64,000 bases of DNA, taken from positions 16,308,001 through 16,372,000 of the forward strand of contig NC_045696.1 in assembly GCF_009834535.1 (NCBI RefSeq), given 5' to 3'. Position numbers and translations under genes: made by a program. Each line of letters begins with the position of its first letter. The stretch's first letter is position 1. Below are positions 24,898 to 38,189 of the stretch, one piece after another. This DNA comes from Camelus ferus. Lineage: Eukaryota. Under the pieces are notes generated by a model. That model was not told the origin of the DNA. It searched no databases and saw only the letters and a list, made by a program, of their open reading frames with translations.

Positions 24898-26899
24898 TAC
24901 ATTTCATATGTGTATCTATAAACCTCAGAGCCCTGCTCTCCTCCTCAGCTCCTGTAAAGGTTCCCCTGACATGTAGAAGACAGGGCTTGGGTTGGGATTT
25001 TTGGTGTGTTTTTTTGTTTTGTTTTGTTTTGCTTTAGTTTTTTGTTTTTATTCTTAAAGATTGTGCTGCATTGTCTTGGTGAAAGGGTTTGGTCTCAAGA
25101 AACTGAGTTCCAGTCATGATAGCTCAAAAAAAGAGATAAGAATTGGAGTAGTAACTGAAAAGACACAGAAGAACCTCACGTAAACCAAGGCAGGAAGTAC
25201 ACAGTCTAACATCAGGGTACCCTGGACCCTAACAGGGCGCCACCACTGGGAGTCACCTGATTGGCCGGTCTGTGGTCCAATCAGCTACAGGCTGGGGAAT
25301 CTCTTGGTAAATAAGGCTGTTCTTCCCCTTACAGGGGCAAGGTTTCGCACAGACTAGCACAGTGAAACGTAGCCAGCGCATCATCGTAGAAGAATAAAGG
25401 CTTATTGTCTTTCCCTACAGGGTCTGGATGGAAATAGATGTCCGATTTTTATTTAACGTCTTGCAATGAAATTCACAAGATGTGTCAAAAAAGCTGGGTT
25501 CTTACTTGAGTGATAGTAGAATTTGAGTTCTACATGAGACGTAGAGGAGAAACTGTCAGATTATATAGTTCTCCTTAAGGGGTAGGGAATGGAGGGATTT
25601 CATTTCAACAATTATATGGCCCTTCATATGTGACAACGTGGTGAGACAGTCACGATTAAGGGTTTATCAAGGATCAATCTTCTATGAACTCATCTTTAAT
25701 AAGTTGTTGATCTAATTGGAAATAAAGGATGATAATGGCAGAGTTTGTAGCATGTTGTAGATAAAGTCCTGGGAGCTACAGAAAAACCAGGTTGAGTTCA
25801 GAGGCTGCCCTGCAGATGGTACATATCTTCCACGGCTCCTTGTTGCCCCCTGACTTCTCAGTCTCATTCTCTGTTTGGTCCAGAGGAGCTACGTCCTGCT
25901 TAGATGGAGACAGGAAGTATCATTACTTTCAAAGACAGCAAGTGGAGGGTGGAGAGAAGTGTGGACCCTAATTTCACTTTTAAGAAAGATGCATTTCTGG
26001 CTCCTTAAATGGAGAGTCTAAAAATATCCCATGCAGCAATCATTACAAATGGTGGCTGGGTTTTCTAGTCCTATCCATATCAAATTACCCTTCTGGGTAA
26101 GATTAATATGGTTCCTTACACTGGTTGTAGAACCTAACACCTAACATTGCCACTCTGAGAAAATACACTGCAAGTTAAACCACTGGCTAGCAGCTGAGCT
26201 TTCGGAACCAAGTGCATCCAGCCCAGCAAGGAGAACTGGGACCATTGATCAGGGTGAGAGCTTAGCTCCACCGACCTCTCCTTCCACCTTGCAAGTGTGC
26301 CTGATATTTAGGGGAAACAGGAAATTAACTCTGAGAAGGGAATCATAAGTTACGTAACAAATTGAAACCTTAACTGAAGGCTTCTCAAATGTAGAGGGCT
26401 TCTTATACCCGTACAGATATATTTCTGGTTTTGTTTTCATTTTTCAGTTGTAAGAGTAGGAAAGGAAATTCTGAAGGACATGGCTGTGAAAATTATGGAT
26501 TTACAGTCAATCTTTTCAATGTCTAACACTCCAAAAATAACTGTAGGCAGTTTTCATTGATGAAAACAGCTGATGTGGAAATAAACTTCCACCATGTAAG
26601 CTATGGTGGTTACAAGACCTCGCTGCTCTCCCTCTAAGACCCGCTGAGTACTTTTTGTGTTTGGCTTATGAACATAAGCAACCAGTTGCTCCTAATCCCT
26701 AAATTACAGAGTGTAAGGAAAACAAGAAATAAACAGGGCAAGAAGGCAAAGCAAAAGCCTTGTCGCCAGTCACTCTGAGTATTCATTTTAATTGCTATTA
26801 AGTCACTCGCAAACATTCACTGAGCCCCACTATTTGCCAGACACTGTAGTTTGGCACTGATGGTCCACAAAAAAGTTATGTTCCCTGCCAACAGTCTTA

Positions 26900-27040
26900 A
26901 AGAAGTAATAGCTAACATTTACTTAGTGCTGATAGCAACAGGGTTGTTCTAAGCATTCTCTTATAGTAAACTTATAAAGTAGGTTCTGTTATTATCTCCA
27001 ATTTAGAGACGAGGAAACTGAGGCACAAAGAGTTTAAAAG
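26900..27040 (-). mobile_element. MIR fragment
   Basis: aatagctaacatttacttagtgct...gtaggttctgttattatctccaatttagagacgaggaaactgaggcacaaagag. Confidence 0.75.
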
Positions 27041-28653
27041 AGGACTTCCAATCGTCTCACTATAATTGAATGTGTAACTTCAAACCAATCTGAAGTCTCT
27101 GACCGCAAGTTATACCAGTGATTCATTTCAAGCAGTGGGTCCAGGGATTACAGATAATGCCTTGAACAGTTCTTTGGTGAAGGGCAGATCCAAAAGATGC
27201 GTTATTAGGCAGGTGGCTTCAGTCCTCAAAAAAGAGTAGTCAATTAAAGATACAGGAATTGTCTCCCAGACTTAGGATGTTAAGAATTCATTCTGTATCT
27301 CTTTCTGCCACTGCCCTGTGAGGACATGTCTTTAAGTCTTGGTCTTCCCATTTTGGGGAAGAACGTCTCATACAAGATCGACGACTGAACGAAATTTCAG
27401 CCATTTTCAGATGTCATTGTAAAAAATGTTTTCTGCAAGAAAACGAATTTTATACCATCAGAGATTCGAACTGATACACTGAATTTTATTCTGGAGCAAT
27501 GATGGTGGACGGGTGTGTCTACAGGCTGGTAAAATATTTAGTGGATCAAGAGTTCTTATCTGGACAAGGAGAGGCAGTTTTTCCCTCATTAAAGCTAATC
27601 ACTACCATTGTGTCATCAGCACTGTGTTCTCATCAACCAAGCTTACTGGACCAATTCAAATGCTATTAGTTTCAGTGGCAGAGTCTACCTCTTGGGGGAA
27701 ATGTGCAAAGTGTTAGGTTACGATTAACATCATTTTCTTATGTTTTTATGATTTCAAAAGATGGAAGCAACAGAAGTGTTCAAAATAGAAAAAACAGGCT
27801 AATTAAAGTCAAACACAATCATTTGAAATTTAGGCATTCACTAAATGATAATAGAAAACTACCTAAAAATGTTACCATTATAATATATGATAATATATAA
27901 AGACCGTGGAGAAACATAATTTGTGACTTGAAGAAACTGGGGAAAAAATAGAATTTAAAACTACGTGAACTATAATTAAATGAATATGGGGGCACCAAAG
28001 ACAAGAAGGTCACAAAAAAATCAAAGGCGGTCCTGACTGTATCAGGGTGAAGAAATTATGACACTTCCTATCTTTCTAGCTGTCTGTAATGGGTTTTGTC
28101 TTTTTAAATTGAAAGGGGAAAAAATGTAATGTTCATGTGCTATTTTAAAATGTCAAAGGCCTTGGTTTTTTGCTAACTGCCCTTGTCAAAGTTCAGAAAT
28201 TCAAGCCATACCATGACTAGAGGTATAAATCCATAGTTATTATGTTCCCCTTCATCAAAATAGAAGCCCTCAAAAAAGAAGAAAAAAAAATCCATCTGCC
28301 TAGCTTTGGAGCACAGAAAAATCACTCAGTGACTTAGCTTAATAAGACATACACAGCTATCTTTTAGATGGATTCTGGAATAAGGCATATTTGTCTCCAG
28401 AGTTAAATACATGTGATGCTGTCTTGTAGAAAAGAAAGATCTTGTGAGCATGTCTCTGTTCTCCCAGGCAAGACCAGTTTCTGCTCGTCCAGCCCTGTGA
28501 TTCAGGGCTATCTGTTAGGGCATGGATACAGGTTCTACCTCACTGGCTCATCCCCTGTCAATATCTCACCCCCTGGGAAGGGTCTTAAGGAACCAGCAAT
28601 TGTCAATGTCACACCTACATTTATACACCTGATGCACATAGTTAATGCTATCC

Positions 28654-28838
28654 CAGTGGTCCACAAAGTGTGGTTCCCCTAACCAGCAGCAGCAGGATCA
28701 TCTGGAATCTTGCTAGAAATGCACATTTTTCAGGCTCCACCCCAGATCTAGTGAATCAGATCCTCCGGGTGAAGCCCAGTAATCTGTGTTTAAACAAGAC
28801 CTCCAGGTGATTCTGACGCTCACTACGGAGAACCACTG
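28654..28838. mobile_element. MER5A-like hAT-Charlie MITE
   Basis: TIRs cagtggt...accactg, body cttgctagaaatgcaca...tgaatcaga...ctccaggtgattctga. Degenerate 8-bp TSD tgctatcc/tgctgttc. Confidence 0.85.
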
Positions 28839-28949
28839 TGCTGTTCTATAATAAGCCTAATCATAACACTTTTCTACTTAGGTACCAACACAGCAGCAAG
28901 AAGATACTACTTTTAATTCTAATGTGCTTTCATAGTCACAAATTGTCTT

Positions 28950-29500
28950 AACATTTTAATTGTGAAATAATTATAGAACTAGAGAAGAACTGCAGAAAAT
29001 GGTACAGAGATTCTCCATATACTCTCCACCTAGCTTCCCCTAATGCTAACATCTCACGTAGGTGATGGGACATGAATCAAAACCAGGAAATTAACTTGGG
29101 TACAAGACTGTAAACTACAGTTCCCATTTGGATTTCACCAGTTTTTCCATCAACGTCCTTTTTCTATTCCAGGATCCATTCCAGGATTCCATGTTGCATT
29201 TATGGTCATGCCTCCTTGTCTCTTCTAATCTGTGCCAGTTTCTTGGTCTTCTTTTGCTTTCCACGACCTTGACATTTTTGATGAGGAGTATTAGTAGTAA
29301 TAGTAGTCAGGAGTAGTGAGTTAGTCGCAGAGTATCCCTCAGTTTGAGTTTGGCTGATATTTTCTCACGGTGAGATTAAAGATCCGCATTTTGGAGAAGT
29401 ATACCACAGTGGTAGTCTTCTTTCTCACTGCATCATATCAGGTGGTATAGTATGTTGATAATACATCTTATTGCTGGTGGTCCACTTGGTTAACGTGGCC
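28950..29500 (-). mobile_element. Old L1MC-like 3'UTR
   Basis: tgaaataattatagaactagagaagaactgcag...ggatttcaccagtttttccatcaacgtccttttt...ttccacgaccttgacatttttga. Confidence 0.8.
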
Positions 29501-30635
29501 CCAGGGGTATGTCTGATGCCCTCTAGAACATTTCTAAAGGGAATGATTTCCAGCAGGGATTTTCAGAGATGGGCACTGTAAGCTGCTCTGCTCTGGGGTT
29601 CAAATGATAAAATGGAGCCCTGTAGTGGGAAGAGAGGCACACTCATTCCTGTGTGGAATGCCAGAGAAAGACTGGTAACTGATGAGAAAACGACAAGGAA
29701 GCTTCTAGCAGGAGTGCTGTGTGCTTCCTCAGGGCAGACATGAGTTATACCCTGTGGAGGCTGGGCAGCCAACTTCAGTGAAGATGCCAGAGGCAAAGAA
29801 AAGAGTGGGCTTTTTCCAGAGTAAGAGGAGATTTTGTGAGATGGCAGTGAGAAGGGTAAGGTGAAAAAGTCAGAAAATTAGGGTGATGAATGTGACAGCA
29901 CTCCATTTGTACCCAAAGACTATGATGGAAGCAGAGAGGAAGGGTCTGGGCATAAGACTATACAATCATACGTTCAGTTCTTCACATGACAAGCAACCCA
30001 AACTCTATTTTGAGAAAAGCCAATTAGATTATCGTGGGCCGGGCTGGTCATCTCGGTTACCGAGAATTACCAAAGCACAGTCTTGAGGTTTGTGTCAATT
30101 TCACCTTACTGTTGGCCTTGAGATATAGTGTGAGTTCTGTTCCCACCCCCTCCACACCCCAGGGAACTTCTCAAACTGAATTTTCTTGGTTTCTACCCCC
30201 AACCCTCTGATCACTGGCAGCTGTTGTGCTGAAACCTGTTTTCTAGTCCTTCACTCTAGACCAGCTCTGTAACATCCTCCAACGGTCGCTGTTCCTGAAT
30301 ATCGTCTATGCTTTTCCTTTCAAATGACGCTAGAATGATCTTAGAAGTTGAGACCGAATGATCGAACAAGGCCAAGAAGGAATATCTAGTATCCAATTAG
30401 ATGTCATTTTAGTTATCTAATAGGAGTTGTGACCTTACAAGATAAGGAAAATTAGGAAGAGGATGCAGAATTCCCTAAAATTCAAAGTGTTTTGAATCTA
30501 TCTGGGAAAACATCTAAATATTTTTAAGCACCAAGAAATGTAAAATTCAATTAAGTAAAGTACTGTCCTGGGTCTGGCTTGCAATCTTTTATTAAGAGAT
30601 GGAAGAAAAAGGTAATGACACCAGGCAAGCTCAGG

Positions 30636-31150
30636 TGTGATGGTTCACTTTATGTGTCACCTTGACTGGATCAGGGATGCCCACATAACTGGCTAAACAC
30701 TATTTCTGGGTGTGTCTGTGGGAGGGTTTCAGATGAGCTAAGCATTTAAATCGGTAAATTACATTGCCCTACTCAGTGTGGGTGGGCATCTTCCAGTCCA
30801 TTAGGACCTGAATAGACAAAAGATGGAGAAGGGAGAATTCTTCCCATTTTGGCCTTACTGCTTGATCTCAGACTTCAGTCTTTTCTGTCCTTGGACAGAG
30901 ACTTACCCTGTTGGCTCTCCTGGTACTCAGGCCTTTGGATTTAAACTGATCTATAGCACAGCTTTCCTGGGTCTCCAGTTTGCATATGGCAGATCATGAG
31001 ACTTACCCTCCATAACTGCATAGGCCAATTCCTCACTGGTAAATAAATATATACACATACATGTATATACATATGTATATTCATATATAAAGATTTATAG
31101 ATATATATGTATATCTTATTGGTTCTGTGTCTCTGGAGAACTCTAATACA
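30636..31150 (+). mobile_element. MLT2-like (ERVL) solo LTR
   Basis: tgtgatggttcactttatgtgtcaccttgactgg...ttattggttctgtgtctctggagaactctaataca. 5-bp TSD tcagg/ccagg; internal TA-rich tract. Confidence 0.9.
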
Positions 31151-31591
31151 CCAGGGAAATGCCAACTGCCTTCTCTAACTTTGGAAACCATGATACAGTG
31201 ACTGTGCTTGGCTTAGCAGTGGGATTGGGAAAAATCAATCTGGTTGGCATTCTAGTCAATATTTCCACTGGTTACTGCCACCTCAATTGGCTGTTTTCTG
31301 GGAAGTTTTCGAATTAAGTCAAGATGTTTAAGAGAATCAAACTGATGGTTTTAATATTTTTGTATTGTGCTTAAGAAAAATACATAATATAGCAACTGGT
31401 ACTTAAAACCTGTCATGATTTAGGAAATTTGGCCTATTACAGAAACAGTTCAGCCTGTGATTTCAACTTGAAACATATTATTGATTAATTGATCCGAACT
31501 TATGATTTTACTAGAAAAGAATGAGAAAAATTCTTAATGAATTTATGGCATTGAAATTGTAAGAAGGTTTAGGATATACCATATTAACAAA

Positions 31592-31810
31592 TTTTTTATT
31601 TTTAATTTTTTATTGAAGCATAGTTGATGTACAGTCATAAAAGTTACAGGTAGACAATATAGTAATTCACAATTTTTAAAGGTTATACTCCATTTATAGT
31701 TTTTATAACTTGTTGGCTATATTCCCCATGTTGTACAATATATCCTTGTAGCTTGTTTTATACTTAATAGTTTGTACCTCTTAATCCCCTACCCTTTATG
31801 CCCCCTTTAC
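31592..31810 (-). mobile_element. Truncated L1 3' end
   Basis: T-rich tail then ttattgaagcatagttgatgtaca...ttggctatattccccatgttgtacaatatatccttgtagctt. Confidence 0.85.
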
Positions 31811-31811
31811 T

Positions 31812-31986
31812 CAGATAAACAACCAGGTCTTACTGTATAGCACAGCAAACTATATTCAATATTTTGCAATAGCCTATAACAAAAAAGAATATGAAAAGAA
31901 ATATATATACATATAACTGAATCACAATGCTATATATCGGAAATTAACATAACATTGTAAATCGACTATACTTCAATTAAAAAAAT
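31812..31986 (+). mobile_element. Truncated L1 3' end
   Basis: agataaacaaccaggtcttactgtatagcacagcaaactatattcaata...acattgtaaatcgactatacttcaattaaaaaaa. Confidence 0.85.
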
Positions 31987-32192
31987 TGCTAGACATATAA
32001 GTAGAATAATAAGATTTGTAATCCAAAGCTTACTAAGACCAAGGGCTTTGAAACTGTTTCTTTAACAAACTGATTATTAATTAGAAAAACAAGGTCACCT
32101 CTGAATAATCTATTTCGGCACTCAGTTCTCTCTCAAAGTCACCAAACAACTTACAGTAACACAATAGAATTCTTTTTTTAAAAAGGCTCTGG

Positions 32193-32368
32193 TCGGGGGC
32201 AGGGGTGGGGAGGGTATCGCCCACGTGGTAGAACGCATGGTTAGCATTCATGAGGTCCTGGGTTCAATCCCCAGTACGTCCTCTAAAAATAAGTAAACCT
32301 AATTACCTCCCCCCTTGCCAAAATAAAATAATAATACAATAATAAATAAATAAAAATACAAAAAAAAA
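32193..32368 (+). mobile_element. Vic-1-like SINE
   Basis: ggggagggtatcgcccacgtggtagaacgcatg...gaggtcctgggttcaatccccagtac...aaacctaattacctcccc, poly(A). Perfect TSD aaaaaggctctgg at 32180-32192 and 32369-32381. Confidence 0.92.
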
Positions 32369-33882
32369 AAAAAGGCTCTGGCAAGGTGGTATTCCTCATT
32401 CTCATTCTGTTCTAAAATTTCACTTTGAAGAGAGCAGCATTTCTGGCTGACGCTCACCTAAACTGACTAACAAGTCCTGGGCAAAATGATCACCTGTCAC
32501 TGATAAAGCAGTTTAAGAATAGGATTCCGTATCAAAGGCCAGAAGAATACCCTAAACACCAGGATGAAGCTGCACTGGAGAACACAGCTGTTAAGATACA
32601 GTCTCAGGTAGAGCCCAAAATACTCTTTAGCCAATTAAAGGAAGGTAGACAACAATAAAAACATAATTTGTTAGTTTTTGCTGTTTTTAGAATCTTCAGG
32701 AAGCAGAATTATAAGACAGAAAGTATTTTCAGATAAAAACATCTTAGCGAACTCCAGCAAACCTTCCAAAAGTCGACGGTCCTGAATAGAGGTGACTCCT
32801 CCAACTTGTTGGATAATGGCTTTGACCCCACCGCTAGCGCTGAGGGCTCAAGGCAGGGGGCTGCAGGTCCGAGGCCCGCCCATGGAGAACATTTGGCACT
32901 TTCATTACTTCCTAGAGACAACCTACAGCAAGAGCCTTGAAGAAATGGTGTGTGAATGTCTGTCTCCAGGGACCGGTCTGCAACAGCACCAGGCAGGTAA
33001 TGAGGCAGATGCTGTCAGCCAGAGAGATTAGACGTCACACAGAAGCTCCACGCAACTCAGCTTTGCAAATGGTGAGAGAGGCAAGGGCACCTGGCAGCAA
33101 CGATTCCTGGAGGTTGATTTTTCCCAGGGAGGTCTACACAAAGCCGGGTTCGAAGAAAGTAGCCTTCTTTTTTCACGTTCACTATGCTTGACTTTTTAAA
33201 TGTCCATCTTTTTCAGATAATTATGGTCCTTCTTAAGAAATAACCTCATCTTTAAGAGACTGGATAAACAAATCCTTTGATGTACAGGTGTGGTTCCAAA
33301 CTCTCTCTTTAGAATGACCATTGTTCTTCAATGACCATTATTGAACAGTCCCAAACCTGAATAATGAAAACTCCTTTGAGAATTCCAATTTACTCTAAAC
33401 CATAGTTCACAAACTATCAGACTTTTTTAGAAAGAAAAATTTAAAAATAATTAATGGATACAAATTCTCGGTCAGAAAAATGTGTTGCAATTTCCCCCCA
33501 CTCTCAACTGTGGCTTGCCTTTTCAATTTCTTAACACAGTTGTTCAAAGAACAGACGTTTTTAATTTTTATTAAGTTCACTGTCTTTTTTCTTCTTTTTT
33601 TTTTTTGGTTCATTTATGCCTGTTTTGTTTCATAATATTTTCTCTTCCCTTTACTTTTTTTTTTTTTTTTTTTGAGGAAGATATTTCCCTCCATTTTCTC
33701 TTTAAGGATCTTAGAACATTTATTTTAAACTTTTTTTTCAGATGGTCTTAATTATTTTAAATTTATTCTAACCACATTTATTTCATGATTTTGCCAGTTG
33801 TCTTTCTTGGCATTGTGTTTCTGTGCGCATTTTGAGTGTTTGGTTTGTACGCTCTTTGGATATTGTGGTTTTTTGTTTTCTC

Positions 33883-34030
33883 TTTTTTTTTTAATTGAAG
33901 TATAATTGATTTACAATATTGTGTTAGTTTCTGGTGTACAGCATGGTGATGCAGTTATACATATATTTATTCTTTTTCATATCCTTTTTCACCATCGGTT
34001 ATTACAAGATACTGAATATAGTTCCCTGTT
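33883..34030 (-). mobile_element. Truncated L1 3' end
   Basis: tttttttttaattgaagtataattgatttacaatattgtgttagtttctggtgtacagcatggtgat...gatactgaatatagttccctgt. Confidence 0.85.
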
Positions 34031-35889
34031 GGATGTTGGTTTTGCTTCTGCTTTCTCTCCCTCAGTGGGCTCACCTCGCATTATCTGGTGGTTTGACCAC
34101 TGCTGAACCCCAAGGCAGAGCCAACTCACTGCAGGGAGGTGCCACTGAAAATACGGCCGTCAGTCACTGAGCGGCTAGGAGGCTTGTTTCAAGCAGCTCT
34201 GGCTCACGACTGTGTGTGTGTCCTCTCTCTCTAGGTCTTCAGTGCCACAGAAACCTGAGTGTCAAGTAGCAGTCAGCAGTAGAAATTCTGAATTACATTT
34301 CAGAGGCAGAGGTGCTACACTCGCCTTGATTTCAACGATGAACTAACTCTGGCCTCTGTCTTTTGTGGAGCAATTTCCCTCATCAGAGCCAAACTCCTGG
34401 TCCTCCCTCCTGGGTCCTCAGCTCACTTACCTCTTGCTGGTTCCTAGTTTATACCAAATTTTTTTTTTTGAGCATAGTAACTATGTCTTTTTATTTCTCT
34501 GTTTAATACTTTATCTCCTACTGCTGTACGTTTGGAACAGAAAGGATGTTCCAAAGAGTGAAGAGAAGGCCCCCTTAAACAGGAGTTTCTGTATTAATTC
34601 CAGGTCAAAGGACTGAAAAGGAAAAATATGGCTTCAATGGTTAGAATATTTTATTTTAGTTTTTCAGAAGTGTTACAAGACATAGTAACATGTGCCCTGA
34701 TAAATAAGAGTTTGTAACAATTCTCTTCAGTAGCTATTTGGTGGCATTTTAAAAGACTCTATGTACAAACAACCAACTAAGCATTTTAGTAAATGTCTTC
34801 AATTGTTTTTCTTTGTGAAAACTGGCACTTTTTCCAAATTTATGTCCAGGTTTATAGTCTTTATACTTTCTTGAGAATTGCAACAACCACTAAGGAAAAT
34901 TAGAACCTCAAGGGGCAAATATTTTGCCAAACTAGTAATGGCAGGTACAGAAAGCAGCAGAAAAATAGAGTATCAGAACTCAAAGAGTGACTTTATGTTT
35001 CCTAATTCCATTCCCTGTTGGAAGAATGATATTCCTTGGAGGTTGCTAGAATGAATCTAATTTCTGTATAGCAATTGGCTGTAGGGAAAAAAAAATCTAT
35101 GCCACAGGGAATAAATTTTTTCTAAAGACATACTTTTCATTTTAGCTTCATGCTGTTTTTAATTCTCTCTGGGTATGATGCTTCTGACATTTTCTTCAAC
35201 AAAATGTATGCCTAAGTGGAAGCTTTTCTAAAAGTATGCATTCCTTACATTGAGTTTAATGAAATGTTAATGTTCTAAATTTCAAAACACGAATACAGTA
35301 GAAATGGCTTGTGCGTAACTCAAAGCCTTATATTTGAGGAATTTTCAGGCTGGAGCTCATCATGTTGATTTCTAGTTTATTAGCATATCAGTGGTGGTGA
35401 TGGTGTGTGAGTTTAGTCTAACTATACTAGACAAGTTACTATTCAAATAACGGGAGACAGGGAATGGTGAATAAAACCATTGCATGGCAATCGGTGTCAA
35501 TTATTGAAAAGCTGGAATCATCTTAAACTCTTTCATTTTCCTGTAGTGGGTTTAAGAGTTTTATTTCTTCTATAAACAATAGACTGTATGTTTCTATATG
35601 TTGCCAATTAGAAAGAACTTTGGTACTTTTTTGAAAGGGAGTTTTGGGGATGTTGTGTGCTTGCATGTGAGTCTAAATATACACACATACACATACATAC
35701 ACGATACATATGTTGCCTTGAGAGAGCCTTGTAAATGAACTTCCTAAGCTCCATCCCTGTTTTTAGCAATTGAATTGCCAATTGTGCAAAGAAAGCTATA
35801 AAGTTGCTAGCTTAACATAAAGAGAAGCAGTGAAACCCATAAACCTCTCATATTGAAAGCCGAAGTAGCACTTTGGGAAGGAAGTTGTG

Positions 35890-36025
35890 AGGGAGAAAGC
35901 ACTGGATTTGGAGCCAGGTGGATCTAGATTGGACCCTATCTCTGCCACTGACTCACAGTATAAGCTTGACTTTGAACTTCTGTCCATGCATTTCCTTACC
36001 TGTAAAGTGGAGATGATTCTGGGCC
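35890..36025 (+). mobile_element. MIR fragment
   Basis: gaaagcactggatttggagccaggtggatctagatt...ctctgccactgact...tttccttacctgtaaagtggagatgat. Confidence 0.7.
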
Positions 36026-38086
36026 TGAACACTTGTGTGATGTCAATGCCCTTTGACCAGTGACACATCCAGAACTAGGACCGGGATGCTATTAGAAAAA
36101 GATAATACGAAGATGCATGAATATGAAAATAATGTTCCAAAGCAAGTGGCATGAAATATAAGCGAGAAATCTGAAGGTGCATGGGCTGCAATCTTCCTGT
36201 CTAAGAAAAGCAGTCCTATCTGATGGAACTTAGCTTTAGCTGGCAGATACTGGTCATGAAGTTTTGTTTCCTGAACTCTTCCATTGTTTCCCATTTCTCA
36301 AGACCTCCTGGATATAATCTACTAAAACTCCTACAAATTATTAATTCTCTATTCAAATACTCTCTGACTTGGCATCAGGGAAGGAGCACTTATTTCAACA
36401 TTTGTTAGACGGAAGATTAAGAAACATAGGTGGCAAATCAACAAATTTTACAGTGTTAGGATCCCTTTAGCAACTACAGCAAAGCATCCTTTTAGGAGCG
36501 ATAAGAATGAGCTTCAAATTGAAAGGCTATCTGGAGAGCAGCTCCTAGTGCAGTTACTGCAAAACTTTTCATTAAAAATCTCTGCAAACACTGGCATCGG
36601 TAAAAACTCATAATACACTGAGAACCAGCACTGACATCCAGCCAGTTGCCTGAATCTCAAAGATACACCACAAGTTGTAAGAAAGATGAAGCTGAATTAG
36701 GAGAATGAATCAGTGGATGAACCAGTGGTCTGCCCTCTGCCCTAATGTAGGGGGAACTTGTGGTAACTTCCAGAATCACCTCCCAAACTAATTTGCTCTC
36801 AAACTTTAACCAGTATCCCAGGACGGGAAGGGCTATAAACCCAATCCTGCTGAGAGTTAATCTGTCCCAGGCCATGAAAGTTGCTTTTGTCACTCACATT
36901 TATGCCCAAACCCATTCCCCATTAAAGTCTGAGTAAAAGTTAAAATGTTGATAACAATCATCTCAGCAGCCCATGAACCAGGTACCACTGTCAATTTTAC
37001 AAACGAGGAAATCAAGCCCTAGTCAATCTGCCTCCAAATTTGATAAGAGAATGAAATGAGCTTTCTGTCTTATTTTAGTTCCTGTTAACTGGGGTGTTCC
37101 TGTTCCTAAAGCCAAAACTAGAAGATAAAGCAATATAATACCTCATCTTTTCTAATCTAAGGCTGATTTTACGGAGTCGATGTTCCTCTTTCTTTCAAAA
37201 TTAGTTTAAAAAGAAAAAAAAAAATGAATAAAGCTGCTCTTGTTAACCTAAGCAGTTTTTGCAAATCTACGGTCATGCTGAATTTTCACTTTTTAAATGC
37301 TATTTCCAGAGATAACCTTTCTGTCTTTTCTCTCTGTCCTTGATTTTTTATCCTTTTACATCTGATTTTTTTTTAAAGCTATAGACTTATTTATACCCTG
37401 CTGCATTTGGAAATGGGTGAGAGTGACTACTTAGAGATCTTAGACAATTTCATACTCAGGAACCCAAAATATGCCTTGCCTGAGAGCCTTGACCAGGTCT
37501 GAGCTGAGCCATCCCAAATAACGGGTATTCGTGTTTTCTTACAGCTCTTTAAGAAAGCAGATTCTGCCAACTTGCTTAGTCATGAGGCCACCTTCTCAAG
37601 CCAGATATTTAATTTTTTAAAATAAACTTAATTATGTTAACAGTTTAGGATTTACAGAATAATTGCCAAGAGAGTACAAGTTACTCCGAGATACATGTGC
37701 CCCACACCCAGTTTCCTCTGTTATTAACGTATTACATTTGTCATAACTATTGAACCAATAATGATACAATTTTATTAACAAAAGTTCAGCTTTTTGTTTG
37801 TTAGATTCAAATAGCTTTATTCATTTTGCTTATTGATTTCCTGTTTTCAGTTTCCGTGATTCCCATTCTAAATTTTATATTATTTTTTCTGCTTGCTTTA
37901 GCCTTAAATTGTTCTTCTTTCTCTCGTTTCCTAAGATGGGAGCTTATGTCATAGGCTTTAGATCTTTCTTCTTTCTAATGGATGCACTTAATGCTATAAA
38001 TTTCCCTCTAGGCACTGAGTTCACTGCATCCCAAGAATTTTGATAAACTGTATTTTCATTTTCATTTAGCTCAAATCACTTTCTAA

Positions 38087-38189
38087 AATATTTATTTATT
38101 TATTATTTATTTATCTTTAACGGAGGTACTGGGGATTGAACCCAGGACCTTGTGCATGCTAAGCGTGAGCTCTACCACTGAGCTAGCCT
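38087..38189 (-). mobile_element. Vic-1-like SINE nested in the L1
   Basis: (ttta)n tail, ggaggtactggggattgaacccaggaccttgtgcatgctaagcgtgagctctaccactgagcta. Confidence 0.9.
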
